A stretch of 62,345 nt of DNA, counting the filler, from Collodictyon triciliatum (Eukaryota), in the NCBI GenBank assembly GCA_043381765.1. It is 28 parts of 28 records of this genome, joined end to end, with 100 filler letters (N's around TTAATTAATTAA, not from the genome) between each part and the next. Parts side by side here need not be neighbours in the genome. Positions count along the whole stretch, not along the records: positions 13,417 to 15,550 come from JBHJMP010009444.1; positions 15,651 to 17,781 come from JBHJMP010009445.1; positions 17,882 to 20,012 come from JBHJMP010009446.1; positions 20,113 to 22,242 come from JBHJMP010009447.1; positions 22,343 to 24,473 come from JBHJMP010009448.1; positions 24,574 to 26,703 come from JBHJMP010009449.1; positions 26,804 to 28,933 come from JBHJMP010009450.1; positions 29,034 to 31,163 come from JBHJMP010009451.1; 20 more parts are not named here. One strand, given 5' to 3'. Below, piece by piece: positions 14,526 to 29,177 of the stretch. Every line of letters begins with the position of its first letter. Position 1 is the first letter of the stretch. The position numbers and the translations under genes are program-made. The notes beneath the pieces are model-generated. The model was not told the origin of the DNA. It saw nothing but the letters and a program-made list of their open reading frames with translations, and did no database searches.

Positions 14526-15350
14526 CAAAACAAACATGTAAGCAATTCATCGGCATATGAATATCTTAGATACCTCTTCCAGCTTCGGTTCCAATTGATT
14601 TCCTGAGACCACACTGTGTTCACGAGCCAGGCTTTTCCCAGCATGATGATGAGATGTTTGCATTCATTCATATGTAAAAAAGGCATACATATTGAAATAT
14701 ATATAGTATGTAATTTAAATCATAGCATATGCACATTACGTGTTTTATCTGATGTTAGTCGTGATAATGATACTAAAGTAACCACAGTATTGGTAGAAAT
14801 GGTGGTGACTTTAATACCCTATAAAAGAATTCAGCTCATCCGTTGCGCCAAGAGCTTCAAAAACAGCATCATCCTTTCGTCTTCTTTCTCCATTAAATAG
14901 TGCCGATGTTCCTGTGGAAATACACATGGAATTGTTGTGCGTAAGTTTGTCAGGTTGTTAAATGAGTTGTCTTGTTACGAGAGACGGAAAGAAATGGCTT
15001 TTTTTTTTTATCTTTCCTAGAATCTGCACCAACAACAAATCAAGGTGGTATGTTTAGGATATTTCAGAGGAACAAAAACCTTTATCTCCAGTGCGGGTAT
15101 AGATTCGAATGTGTCGTTCATTTGAAGACCTACAATTTCCAATAGAGTAACTATTTATGGTGAATTCCGTAGGGAGTGGGATGTAGGCCAGAAAGCAGGA
15201 CATATACACCTATATCAAGGAAAAGCAACGGAGTCCAAATGAAAGCAAAAGTAATTCGATTTCGCATGTTATGAATGCTCTCATCGCAATAACATAAGAG
15301 AAAAGGAGAAACGTTGATACCTTGATTCTGTCGAATGGTAGACCTTCGAG
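14060..15350 (-). CDS. Probable multi-exon gene of unknown function
   Basis: Several open exon-like blocks ([72 protein letters not shown]) separated by intron-like DNA; boundaries approximate. Confidence 0.35.
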
Positions 15351-15650
15351 GGTGACGAGATGATTGCTATGAGGTGATTTGAGGGGCTATTCTGTGGTTG
15401 TGTAGAGATTGTTCAGGAAAAGGTATCTGATAATTAATTCAGAAAGAAACTAGAGAAAAGAAAAGAAAAGAAAAGAAAAGAAAAGAAAAGAAAAGAAAAG
15501 AAAAGAAAAGAAAAGAAAAGAAAAGAAAAGAAAAGAAAAGAAAAGAAAAGNNNNNNNNNNNNNNNNNNNNNNNNNNNNNNNNNNNNNNNNNNNNTTAATT
15601 AATTAANNNNNNNNNNNNNNNNNNNNNNNNNNNNNNNNNNNNNNNNNNNN

Positions 15651-15738
<88 letters not shown>

Positions 15739-15782
15739 AAGAGAAAGAGAGAGAGAGTTGGTTCAGGAGTATTCCCTTTTAT

Positions 15783-17429
15783 TTAGTTGTCGTCGTCTTC
15801 GTCCTCATCAATGTACTTTTTAAGATGGCCTTCGACTGTGTTGATGAGATCCTTCTTGCTTATCACCCCAATCAACCGACCAGACCGAAGAACAAGAGCG
15901 AGACGAATGCCGAGTTTCTGGAAGATAGCTAACGAGATGTTTGCGAGATGAGAAGGGTCAATCGTGATGCAGATGGATTGTACACATGTTTAGTAGAGGA
16001 ATGAAGCGAATGTTGCAATAAAGAATTGATTCTAGCAAACAGAAAAGTTGGCCAATAGATGTTCCGTCCGTGACGATGGTTGGTGCCTATCATAGTTTAA
16101 AAAAAAGCATTAAAAGCTTAAGAAGATATTTTCACTTTATAAGCCTAAAAATAAAAAAAAGGACATCGAAAAACAAACTCTTAAATAAACTTGAATATAC
16201 TAATTTCATTCGTCTCTAATGATTTTCTTCATTAGTCTTGAGTTTAGTATATTTTACGCTTTCAATTAAGTATTCGTACGATAGAAGAAATATAAACACA
16301 GAGCATAACCGAGAGAGAGGTCACGATTGCTAGCCTACCAAATCAACCAAATAGCTGAAATCGACAGACCCTTGTTGGATGAAAGTCTGCAGGTTCTCCT
16401 TTTGCGATGAAAAGCGAGATGAATTAACAGTGCCCTGTGTTGATACCTTCTGGAATGCACAAGTTGATTCCAGCTCAAATCCAAGCTTAAGAGCATTCTC
16501 TGATTTATACGTTTTTTTAAAAAAAAAATGCTAATTATATATTTATGTGGAAAGATTGGAGAGAAGTGATTCTGATTATGTGCGAAGGGCAATCCCAAAG
16601 ATAGATGTATAAACTACTGAAAATGTTCAGTAAAAGGAATGCATCAGAATAGATATATATAGAAATTTTGTTTGGGTAATTACCGATTGCCCTCTTTAAC
16701 TTTGTGCGGGACACATATCCAACGACACTCATTTCTGATGCATTGGAAACAACAGGAAAACCGTGAACATTCAAGTTTTTGCACAGTTCATCTAGGGGAA
16801 AAAAAACACTTGATGACTTCAATTGTAAAATCCAGTAGATGGTTATTTTTAGTCGTCTAATCCATATTGACATATTTGAATAATTGTACATCACAAAGCC
16901 ACTAATATTATTATATTAAAATAATAAGTCTGTCATAAACAATCGATGCATTTCTCACATATAGCTGCCAAATTATCTCCATGAGCCTGGCAAATATATA
17001 TTTGCTTTTGATACAAAATTTTATGACAAGGGGTGGGAATCATGACTTCTTTTTTGGGGTCGATGTACGGATAACCAGAAACCGATATATTTTCGTCGTA
17101 TCTATACATATACAATTTCAGTACTGCATCCTTTTTCATTGTGGACTAAAAAAAAAAAATAATGCTTCTATTCTCTGAGATTTTGTTTTTTTTAAAATTT
17201 GGTTAATGAATTTTTAATTTTCATAAAATGAGGGTGATGCGAGTCCGCTTCATGTAAGCATGGGACGTTGTGTATTTTTAATTGTAAAAGCAAGCAAATT
17301 TGAATGATAGTGCTTACATTCCCTCCGTGAGAGAATCTCCAATCCATTTACTCGCTAAGACAGCAAGCATTACAGGGACCATAAAAGTAAGGCCTCCAGT
17401 GAGCTCATACATGATGACAGCAATTGAAA
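15783..17429 (-). CDS. CLC chloride channel/antiporter (ClC-3/4/5, Gef1-like), C-terminal TM helices and CBS pair, multi-exon
   Basis: [65 protein letters not shown] (CBS1); [28 protein letters not shown] (CBS2); TAA at 15783-15785. Confidence 0.93.
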
Positions 17430-17725
17430 CTATAGATATGGAATCAAATGTGGAAGGAGAGCATGTCAAAATATGAAGCACTTGTCAGAAGAAAAGGAGC
17501 TGTAAGGACTTAGCAAAAGTACTGTGATACTGCTTTCTCTTGAACAACTGATGCTTTTTTTTGTTTATAGTATATTAATAAAATAAAAAAAAGCATCAAC
17601 AACAGTCATCTTTTTTCTCTCTTTTTTTCTCTCTTTTTTTCTCTCTTTTTTTCTCTCTTTTTTTCTCTCTTTTTTTCTCTCTTTTTTTCTCTCTTTTTTT
17701 CTCTCTTTTTTTCTCTCTTTTTTTT

Positions 17726-17781
<56 letters not shown>

Positions 17782-18278
17782 NNNNNNNNNNNNNNNNNNN
17801 NNNNNNNNNNNNNNNNNNNNNNNNNTTAATTAATTAANNNNNNNNNNNNNNNNNNNNNNNNNNNNNNNNNNNNNNNNNNNNAAAAAAAAAAGAAATAAAA
17901 AGAAATAAAAAGAAATAAAAAGAAATAAAAAGAAATAAAAAGAAATAAAAAGAAATAAAAAGAAATAAAAAGAAATAAAAAGAAATAAAAAGAAATAAAA
18001 AGAAAGAAAGTAGATAGATTGAGACGAGGAGATGGATCGACAGCAATTTAAAATATGTAAGGAGGAGAAAAAAAGGGGTATAGAACAGGACGAAAACGCA
18101 AGCCACATCAAATCAAGACAACGAAAGCCAGAAAACCGAGGCTGACAGGAGCCGCGCCCAGAGTGGCGGGAAGGCCTTGGCTCGAAACACCCGCTTTGCC
18201 ACACACCAGAGACAATAAGCTTGCTTTTCAGGTGAGTCTGCAGTTCTAGTTGCGTCTCCTGCCACAGACACAAGAGGG

Positions 18279-18555
18279 ATGGCTTCGCTATCGATCATGA
18301 CTTGGAACATTCTGGCCCCGTGTTACAAGAAGCTGGTTTGTGGAGGCAGAGTCGCTTGCAACCCCGCCAAAGCACCTGCCTTTTCTTTTGTGTGCATATG
18401 CTTCATAGATATTATCGATGCTTTATTGCACTCCTGGGAATAAAACGCCTGTGTTGAAGGTTCAGGCTGGAGGGCAAAAAGTGTACGAAAGCCAGAGATC
18501 GGCGCAGTACTTGGAGCGCAGCAGCCATATATTCAACTTCATTCTCGCAAAGAAG
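18279..18555 (+). CDS. Endonuclease/exonuclease/phosphatase (CCR4/nocturnin-like) N-terminus, two exons, interrupted by a gap
   Basis: MASLSIMTWNILAPCYKKL then ...VYESQRSAQYLERSSHIFNFILAKK; the TWNILA motif is the EEP family start. Confidence 0.7.
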
Positions 18556-19960
18556 GTCTTTCCCAGAAGAAAAGCGCATNNNNNNNNNNNNNNNNNNNNN
18601 NNNNNNNNNNNNNNNNNNNNNNNNNNNNNNNNNNNNNNNNNNNNNNNNNNNNNNNNNNNNNNNNNNNNNNNNNNNNNNNNNNNNNNNNNNNNNNNNNNNN
18701 NNNNNNNNNNNNNNNNNNNNNNNNNNNNNNNNNNNNNNNNNNNNNNNNNNNNNNNNNNNNNNNNNNNNNNNNNNNNNNNNNNNNNNNNNNNNNNNNNNNN
18801 NNNNNNNNNNNNNNNNNNNNNNNNNNNNNNNNNNNNNNNNNNNNNNNNNNNNNNNNNNNNNNNNNNNNNNNNNNNNNNNNNNNNNNNNNNNNNNNNNNNN
18901 NNNNNNNNNNNNNNNNNNNNNNNNNNNNNNNNNNNNNNNNNNNNNNNNNNNNNNNNNNNNNNNNNNNNNNNNNNNNNNNNNNNNNNNNNNNNNNNNNNNN
19001 NNNNNNNNNNNNNNNNNNNNNNNNNNNNNNNNNNNNNNNNNNNNNNNNNNNNNNNNNNNNNNNNNNNNNNNNNNNNNNNNNNNNNNNNNNNNNNNNNNNN
19101 NNNNNNNNNNNNNNNNNNNNNNNNNNNNNNNNNNNNNNGAGTCAGGGTGATGAGTGTGGAGATGAAGGTAAAAGGCTGCCACACCGCTTTGTCCTTTTGG
19201 TGTACATTCCATAGAATATATACCAGGTCGGTAAAGCACAAGCAATTTAATGAAATAGATATCAATTTTTCTTCTATTTGATGATGAAATAAGGCGACAG
19301 AAAATTTTACAACATCAATTTATAATACACAATAAATATGTTTGAAGTGACTTGAGAAAAAAATATAAAAAGAAATTTAAAAAAGCAATATAAAAAAGCA
19401 ATATAAAAAAGCAATATAAAAAAGCAATATAAAAAAGCAATATAAAAAAGCAATATAAAAAAGCAATACAAAAAAGCAATATAAAAAAGCAACAATGGAG
19501 CAAACATAGAGGAATTAAGAGAAAGGGAAGGAAAGGAGAATATTTACACAAGCAAACCTGTGTATATAGCTGAATCTCTGTGCCTGGGGTTGGCCGGTTT
19601 TTTTAAGAGAGAAAGGACAAAGTGTGTATGTAGCGAATTTTTTTTTTGTAGATATACCAGGGGACAAAATAGTTAGGTGTTTGGGTAAAGCAAGACCTTG
19701 ACAAGGTGAACAGGCATAAAAAGTAACCTTGTTGCAGAGGGGTACTTTCGGTCTAATATGCCTATAATCTTATCAAGCTTATCCCGTATATCTTTTTGTT
19801 CTCTGGAGGATAGAGGTACCTATTAAGGAAAAAGAAAAAAAAAGGAAAGATAAAATTAAATATTGCTTGATCTGTCAGGTTGTAAAATGGCGTCGAGGAA
19901 AAAGAAAAAGAGAAAAAAAAAGAGAAAAAAAAAGAGAAAAAAAAAGAGAAAAAAAAAGAG

Positions 19961-20012
<52 letters not shown>

Positions 20013-20112
20013 NNNNNNNNNNNNNNNNNNNNNNNNNNNNNNNNNNNNNNNNNNNNTTAATTAATTAANNNNNNNNNNNNNNNNNNNNNNNNNNNNNNNN
20101 NNNNNNNNNNNN

Positions 20113-20579
<467 letters not shown>

Positions 20580-20586
20580 TTATATA
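20580..20586 (-). promoter_or_regulatory. Candidate TATA box (TATATAA) for the ubiquitin gene
   Basis: TATATAAG lies ~52 nt upstream of ATG 20528 in otherwise GC-richer sequence. Confidence 0.4.
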
Positions 20587-22361
20587 CAAGAGCTTGGCAG
20601 ACGCAGAGTGCCAATTTCGGAAGTCGGTGTTTTCGGTGAATAGAAAGAGAGCAAAGAGACACAAACAGTGACCCAGCATTCGGAGAATAGACAGAGTAGG
20701 ATACAATATAATTGAATGCATATGGCAGCATATCGCATATGGAATTTGAGCGACTCATACAACCATCGACCTGCAGTCGGAGAATATTGGATTACACTAT
20801 ATTTTCCACATGCAGACGACAAATCCGGAAAACAACATCCACTACAAACAATCATTTTTGTCTGTTGACGAAAACATGACCGAAAAAGTAGATTATTGGA
20901 TATATCATAAGATTGATTTTGTTGTTTTGTGGATGGGATATGTACTCAGTAAAAAGCGGAAGGTATTGATGCACGTTGTGGACCGATATTACGGTTGCCA
21001 TACGCGTTCATGTGGAATGCCATCCGCACCACTCAAAAATCATTAACCATTTCAGACTCAGATGCTAAGAAAAGTAGCTTGTTTATGGAAGCTCAACCGT
21101 AGCATAAGAGAGCAGAGCTGCTTCCATGAATCAAGTGTGGCCATAGCAAGGCTTTGAGAGCAGCTTATATATGTCGAATCCTGTTGGCGAGTATTTGATA
21201 CCGTGCGGATAAACACTGCGGCTGTGAGGCAGCTCCAGGACTTTTTGTTCATCCCCAACACTCATAATCAAAATAAAAGTATCAGGATTATCAGACTTCA
21301 CCTGAGGATGAATAGCTAGGACTTCCGACTTCACAATTTGATTAGATAGCTTCAATTGAGGGTCGTTGAGCATATTGCGTACCCGAAAGACTTTCAGTGA
21401 TGGGAAAGATGCACCAAAATCATCAATATGAGCATATTTTAAAGAACACATGTGGTTCTGTTCGATATGTCTTATATGAATATGTGGTTGGGTACATATG
21501 TAGTCACTGCCGCAAATAGCTTCTCAGGATACATGATATGAGTGGCAGCAGAGACAAACTCAATGGAATCGGGCATGCTTCTCGTACAAATGGAAAACCT
21601 GCGCCTTAAAGGAAAACGCAAACTGCGACCCGTTGAAGGTTTTGCATGTTGTAGCCAGTTCTTCCGGTTCCAACACTGGTGCAGAAAAACCTGAGTTTCA
21701 TGTAAGTCTAGGAAGACCCGTGCAAGGAAGCTGCCAGCAAGTATGTCTGAGAGACAGTATTTTTGCTTGGGGTCGAGCAAGTCGTTTACTACAAGAACAA
21801 GGCACGCAGGCTCACAGATGTGCTCACCGCCTTCTTGAAAGCGAACAAACTTTGGGAAGAGTCCATTCAATAGCACTTACCGGACAGCGAAGGCTTTTGA
21901 TTGATTGCCTCCCGCACTGCAGAGAACGCCCGAAAGCTTCTGGAACTGAAGCAGGTAAGTTTGATTGATATTATAACCAGCTTCAGCAGAAGTAAACCAA
22001 CAGAGACCTCGATGATGCTCTACCAACTACCGCTGGACGTGTGGCCGCAAATCCTTCGTGAGGAGCTGAAACCGTTCAGACTGACCCACGTGGAGATCAA
22101 AAAGAATAAAGGCTTCTTCACAGACACGGTCGTGGTGAAGCTTCTTTGTCACAAGAACCAGCTCCTGCAAAGTTTACGGTCATGGGCAAAAAGTGTCCAA
22201 AGCGCATCCTCAAAGAGCGTCCACCAGCCGCGAACAACGAACNNNNNNNNNNNNNNNNNNNNNNNNNNNNNNNNNNNNNNNNNNNNTTAATTAATTAANN
22301 NNNNNNNNNNNNNNNNNNNNNNNNNNNNNNNNNNNNNNNNNNATTTTTATTCAATATATAC

Positions 22362-24473
22362 CTGCTGATGTATGTAGACACAACCATTGTGACAATCAGG
22401 GTGACAACAAACAGCGCTGCTGTGAGTGATGAGGAAAGCACTATCATACTGTCAACTTTCGAAAAGATGTCGCTACGGGGAATCAGGATGACAACAGTCT
22501 AGAAATATTTTCAATAAGCGAGCAGCAATTTTACTCCAACATTATTTTTGATGCATAATTTATAACAAGAATATATTATATGCTTACCCATTCTATACCA
22601 CCTCTCGGGTCAACCAGCGAGGATGCAAAAGTAAGATACTCTTTGTCACCCTTGTATGTAGAGAAAGTTCTAATTCCTTTGATGACCTCAAAACCTTCAT
22701 TATTTCTCTTAATTTTCTACGATATTGTATTACTTAGTTTCTCGATTACGAACGTTTTATTTAGGTTGCATAACTATTATCATAATCGGCGATAAAAAAT
22801 ATATTAACTCACATCCGCTGACTTAATTATCAGCTCGTTCTTGGAATTCTTATAATTCATCATTTTTCCATCAACTTCAGCGATTGGGACATCTAGTGTA
22901 TTTGCTACGAAATTTCCGTCCTATTTTTTTCATATTTTATTAAAAAAAATTACATTCAAAAAAAAAGTAGATGCTATACGTGTTATGTTTCAAGTTAACC
23001 CCAAAATTTACCTTTTGAAGGATGTATGCATCACCGTTTTTGCTTGTCTTTATACTCTTGAGCTTAGCTTGAATTAAGTTCAGGTTCATTTCAATACCTG
23101 CAACTCCTATGAACTGACCTATATTTTACATAGTGTAAGGTATATATTAAAATAATTATTCGACATTTGATAACACCACTATCGAGATGAAGTTTGAAAT
23201 ATAATTACTATTTTTCAAATCTCCATAAATCGGCCGGACGGCTGCTATGGAAAGGATTTTAGCCCCAGCCGTGAGTGACAAAAACACAGAGGTCCAAGTG
23301 GGACCATTCTTAGCCACCGCTGCTTTATACCTAATCAAAATCATTTTGAGCTTTTCATTTGATATCTACGCCTTTGATTATGACCTTAAAAATTATGGAA
23401 TCTTGTTGAACTCAGAATATATTTCTTATAGGGTTTACATAATGAATAGAATTCGATAGGTTACCATGGTCTAATGGTAGAGTTATAATTCGGTACCCTG
23501 AATCTAACAGGGAGCTCATGATGGGGTGTGGTGATATTTTCACGAGCCATATATGATCTCCTAGTGGTATAATTTGTTTCAGGACCGCTGCAGCCCACAT
23601 AGGTTGGTCCTAAGTCCTTGACAAAAGCTTTTTGAAGGAGAATTTTAGATATACTTGATAAGTAAAATAGACATGTTCTTAATTTTCTCAATATTTTACT
23701 TCACAATATAACATCTTACAATGAATTCCTCCATCTTTGTATCCGAAATAAGCTTGCGAAAGTGATTGAGTTTTCTGTTTCAGAAAGACCAAAAGTAATG
23801 AATAATTGGGTGTCGTACTAATATATATATATATTTTAATTACCTCTATTACCCCTAAATTCAAGTAACGAGCTGCGAAATTATCACATTGAATGCCGTT
23901 CTTGACTAGGTTCATCTGGAATATTGTCAACTCAAAAACTCGTAAGATTTCATGCGGAATGTCCAAAACAGCCAATATTTCTTGCTGTATGCGCTCTGCA
24001 GTCTGTAGGAAAATTCTTTTTTAAGCATGCGACTTCAGTATTCAACTGCATTTTTTTTTATAATTTTACACTCACTTGTGTTTGAAGTTGATCTGAGAGG
24101 TCGCTCACAGACTGAATAAAAAATAAAATAAACATATTCGATTACAAAAGCAAAAGTATTTTAATAGATTACTCACTAATTTTACTTTCACCTCCAACTT
24201 TCAACTTTCAACTTTCAACTTTCATTTTATTATATGTTTATGTTTATTATATGTTTATGTTTATGTTTATGTTTATGTTTTTATTGCTTTTTTATTCTTC
24301 CTTTCATCTTTGTGCAGGATGGTGGGGATGTTGGCTTATGTTTTTTTTATTGCTACATAATTTACCGAGAAGCCGAAGGTATAGGAGGGCACAACGCTCA
24401 CCAGGGCCACTGAGACGACTGAGACGAAGGACAACAATAGAATCGAATTACGCAGGGATATAGTGCATTGGAT
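22362..24473 (-). CDS. Membrane sensor with TM1-dCache_1-TM2 architecture (receptor cyclase/kinase-type), ~10 introns, both ends partial
   Basis: Spliced: TM1 (SILLLSFVSVVSVALVSVVPSYTFG), SVSDLSDQLQTQ/TAERIQQEILAVLDIPH, YNSTIRPW/YKAAVAKNGPTWTSVF, IAAVRPIY, FIGVAGIEMNL, LKSIKTSKNGDAYILQK/DGNFVANT, GIEW/TVVILIPRSDIF, TM2 (LTAALFVVTLIVTMVVSTYISR). Confidence 0.85.
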
Positions 24474-24704
24474 NNNNNNNNNNNNNNNNNNNNNNNNNNN
24501 NNNNNNNNNNNNNNNNNTTAATTAATTAANNNNNNNNNNNNNNNNNNNNNNNNNNNNNNNNNNNNNNNNNNNNTCTATTCCTATTTCTATTCCTATTTCT
24601 ATTCCTATTTCTATTCCTATTTCTATTCCTATTTCTATTCCTATTTCTATTCCTATTTCTATTCCTATTTCTTTTTTGCTGACATTTTTTTTTTCACTCT
24701 TTAA

Positions 24705-26360
24705 GAAATACAATGAGGTCGTTCCAAGCTTTGAAAATTTGAAACTGATGATGGAAGCAGTTCAATATATCTTATTCCATGATATATCAGCCCGATATCT
24801 ACAAAATGAGTCATGTGTAAGAACCTCAAGCTATGCCTATGCCGAGGTCTGTTCTCTATCAGGATATTATTTGATGATACCCACCCACTTTTCCTTAATC
24901 GATTTTTTCATAAACCGCAACTGCCGAAGATAACATTATCGAAGTTGAATATTTTCTATTCTTTTTAATTTGCGCAAGATCGAACTTGAGAATAATCTAT
25001 TATAGTGACTATATAATTTATTTTCTCAGAAATTCGAAGACCTCTTTGTCAAGACAGTGGCCTATATGTCTCCTGTAACATCTCAAGAAGATAGGAAGGA
25101 TCTCTACGAAATCGCTGGGAACTGTTACTATGGAATGGTAGAACATCTCGTAAGTAAATTCGTTGTTTGTTTGTTTGTTTGTTTGTTTGTTTGTTTGTTT
25201 GTTTGTTTGTTTGTTTGTTTTTTCGGGTGGTAACTCTTGCTGGTGGCTCCGTCACTGGAATCAATACATTTTTAACCTTTCCCAAGAAATCATAATTGTT
25301 CATAAGTATGCCTGCGACTTTTTTGAAGAGAACCTTGTTCATGTATGAATAATTAAGTAATTAACTTTACTATAACCAGCAACTTTCACCCGAGAAAAAA
25401 CTAGAATACCTTGGAAGGGCTTTTGATTACTTTACAAAAGCCTCTAAGCTTCTATCTCCAAATTTTAAGTTTGTCCTTTCACAGTTGTAGCTCAAAATTG
25501 AATATCATTTGATAATTTTCGATGCTCTTTCTTTTGAAAAAATCCCTTTAAGTTCATGTACTTTTATTCCCCTGCATCGTCATTTTTAGGATTGAACATA
25601 TGATTGGAAAGATCAAAGAGAAACGTGGTCACCCGGCAAAGGTAAATATCGCACCGGTTTTCTACTGAAAGGATTTTCCATGCAGATTTGGTCGACCATA
25701 TCAATACAACCCTACATATGCTTTCTGTTATATGTCAATGATTCGATGTTTATTTAATTTTGAAACAAACGTTTATTGAAGGAGTATCTTGGTCATTACG
25801 TGTCGTCGTTGATTATCTTCAGGGAGAAGAGAAGAGTCAAAAGTGACGATGAACAACATTTGGAGCTTCGCTATCGATACCATGCTTCAAGACTTAAATA
25901 TCTACTGACCACATCCGACCCGGTGGCAAATTCAATCCGCCCTCTATACTCAATAATACTTTTGTTTTTCGTCTCATGTTTTGTGGCACCCTCAGGTAGT
26001 ATCAGTACTAACTAATTAACCCAAAAAAAAAAGATCGATTGGCTCGACCTTGCACCTCATCTATGTGACAACCCGAAACGGGTTGATGCATCCATATACG
26101 AAAATCTGGGAGTCGTCCCTCCGCCCGAAGCTTACCCGCCACAAAAGCAAAATACATCACGAAGCTTACCTGCGGCTGATGACTCGTTGAATTTGTCTCA
26201 AACATCCACAGTGTCAACAGCTACGACTGAACCCTCGTCTACCCCGTTGCAGCCGCTGACACCTCGCATGAAACTCATCGTTTTCTCGATGGCCTTCATG
26301 TACGAGTACATCGCAAAATACAATTCCTACCCGCACCAAGCTGTCCGAGCATACATCAGG
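24705..26360 (+). CDS. CABIN1/Hir3-like TPR protein fragment, multi-exon
   Basis: HLELRYRYHASRLKYL resembles the CABIN1/Hir3 LE..YR.HAS.LK.L motif; TPR-like KLEYLGRAFDYFTKASKL upstream; long open exon at 26034-26360. Confidence 0.45.
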
Positions 26361-26803
26361 GTATTGAAAAAATCACATCACAACGCCTCTTATGCTTTGA
26401 GAATCACACCATCCGTTTGTGTACATAACACTGTCTTTACATATATTATCTGCCTTTTTATTTATCTATTCATTTGATGAATTGTTTTTGTTTATTATTA
26501 TTTACTATTTTTTTTATTATTTTATTATTTTTATTATTTTTATTATTTTTATTATTTTTATTATTTTTATTATTTTTTATTATTTTTATTATTTTTATTA
26601 TTTTTATTATTTTTATTATTTTTATTATTTTTATTATTTTTATTATTTTTATTATTTTTATTATTTTTATTATTTTTATTATTTTTATTATTTTTATTAT
26701 TTTNNNNNNNNNNNNNNNNNNNNNNNNNNNNNNNNNNNNNNNNNNNNTTAATTAATTAANNNNNNNNNNNNNNNNNNNNNNNNNNNNNNNNNNNNNNNNN
26801 NNN

Positions 26804-26923
<120 letters not shown>

Positions 26924-27029
26924 TAGCAATCTGCTGCATTATGGTTATGTGGTAAATTCGGGATTTAATGTCTCCAATACGTGCATGCAGCAGAAAACTA
27001 ATCATATGAATTTAGGAACTACAACACAC

Positions 27030-28558
<1,529 letters not shown>

Positions 28559-29177
28559 CTGGAAAAGAAATTAAAAGGTGAGGTAAAATACGTCAAGAAA
28601 AAAATTGAGACATTTATAACAATAGCTCAAAACCGTAATTGAATTAGAATTTTCTTTCATTAGTATAACATGCTATTTTCGGAGTTAATATGAACACCTT
28701 TTCAAAGATTCATCAGCAACCAAAGATAACAAGATATGAAGCTCATAAGTAAAAATAAGTAAATGAATAAATGATCGGCTCAGTGTATGCACTGAGTTTT
28801 TGTTTGTTTGTTTGTTTGTTTGTTTGTTTGTTTGTTTGTTTGTTTGTTTGTTTGTTTGTTTGTTTGTTTGTTTGTTTGTTTGTTTGTTTGTTTGTTTGTT
28901 TGTTTGTTTGTTTGTTTGTTTGTTTGTTTGTTTNNNNNNNNNNNNNNNNNNNNNNNNNNNNNNNNNNNNNNNNNNNNTTAATTAATTAANNNNNNNNNNN
29001 NNNNNNNNNNNNNNNNNNNNNNNNNNNNNNNNNGTATTGTATTGTATTGTATTGTATTGTATTGTATTGTATTGTATTGTATTGTATTGTATTGTATTGT
29101 ATTGTATTGTATTGTATTGTATTGTATTGTATTGTATTAAATACACTATTATTTATATATAATTCATAAGGTTAAAC

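Noticed and set aside
18412-19281. ~280-aa ORFs spanning 18580-19138
   Set aside because: The length comes from an N gap.
26008-26217. ClpP-like LPDFRIWMHQPVSG on the minus strand
   Set aside because: It lies antisense to a long open, splice-bounded exon (26034-26360) of the plus-strand gene, and no other ClpP motifs are present.
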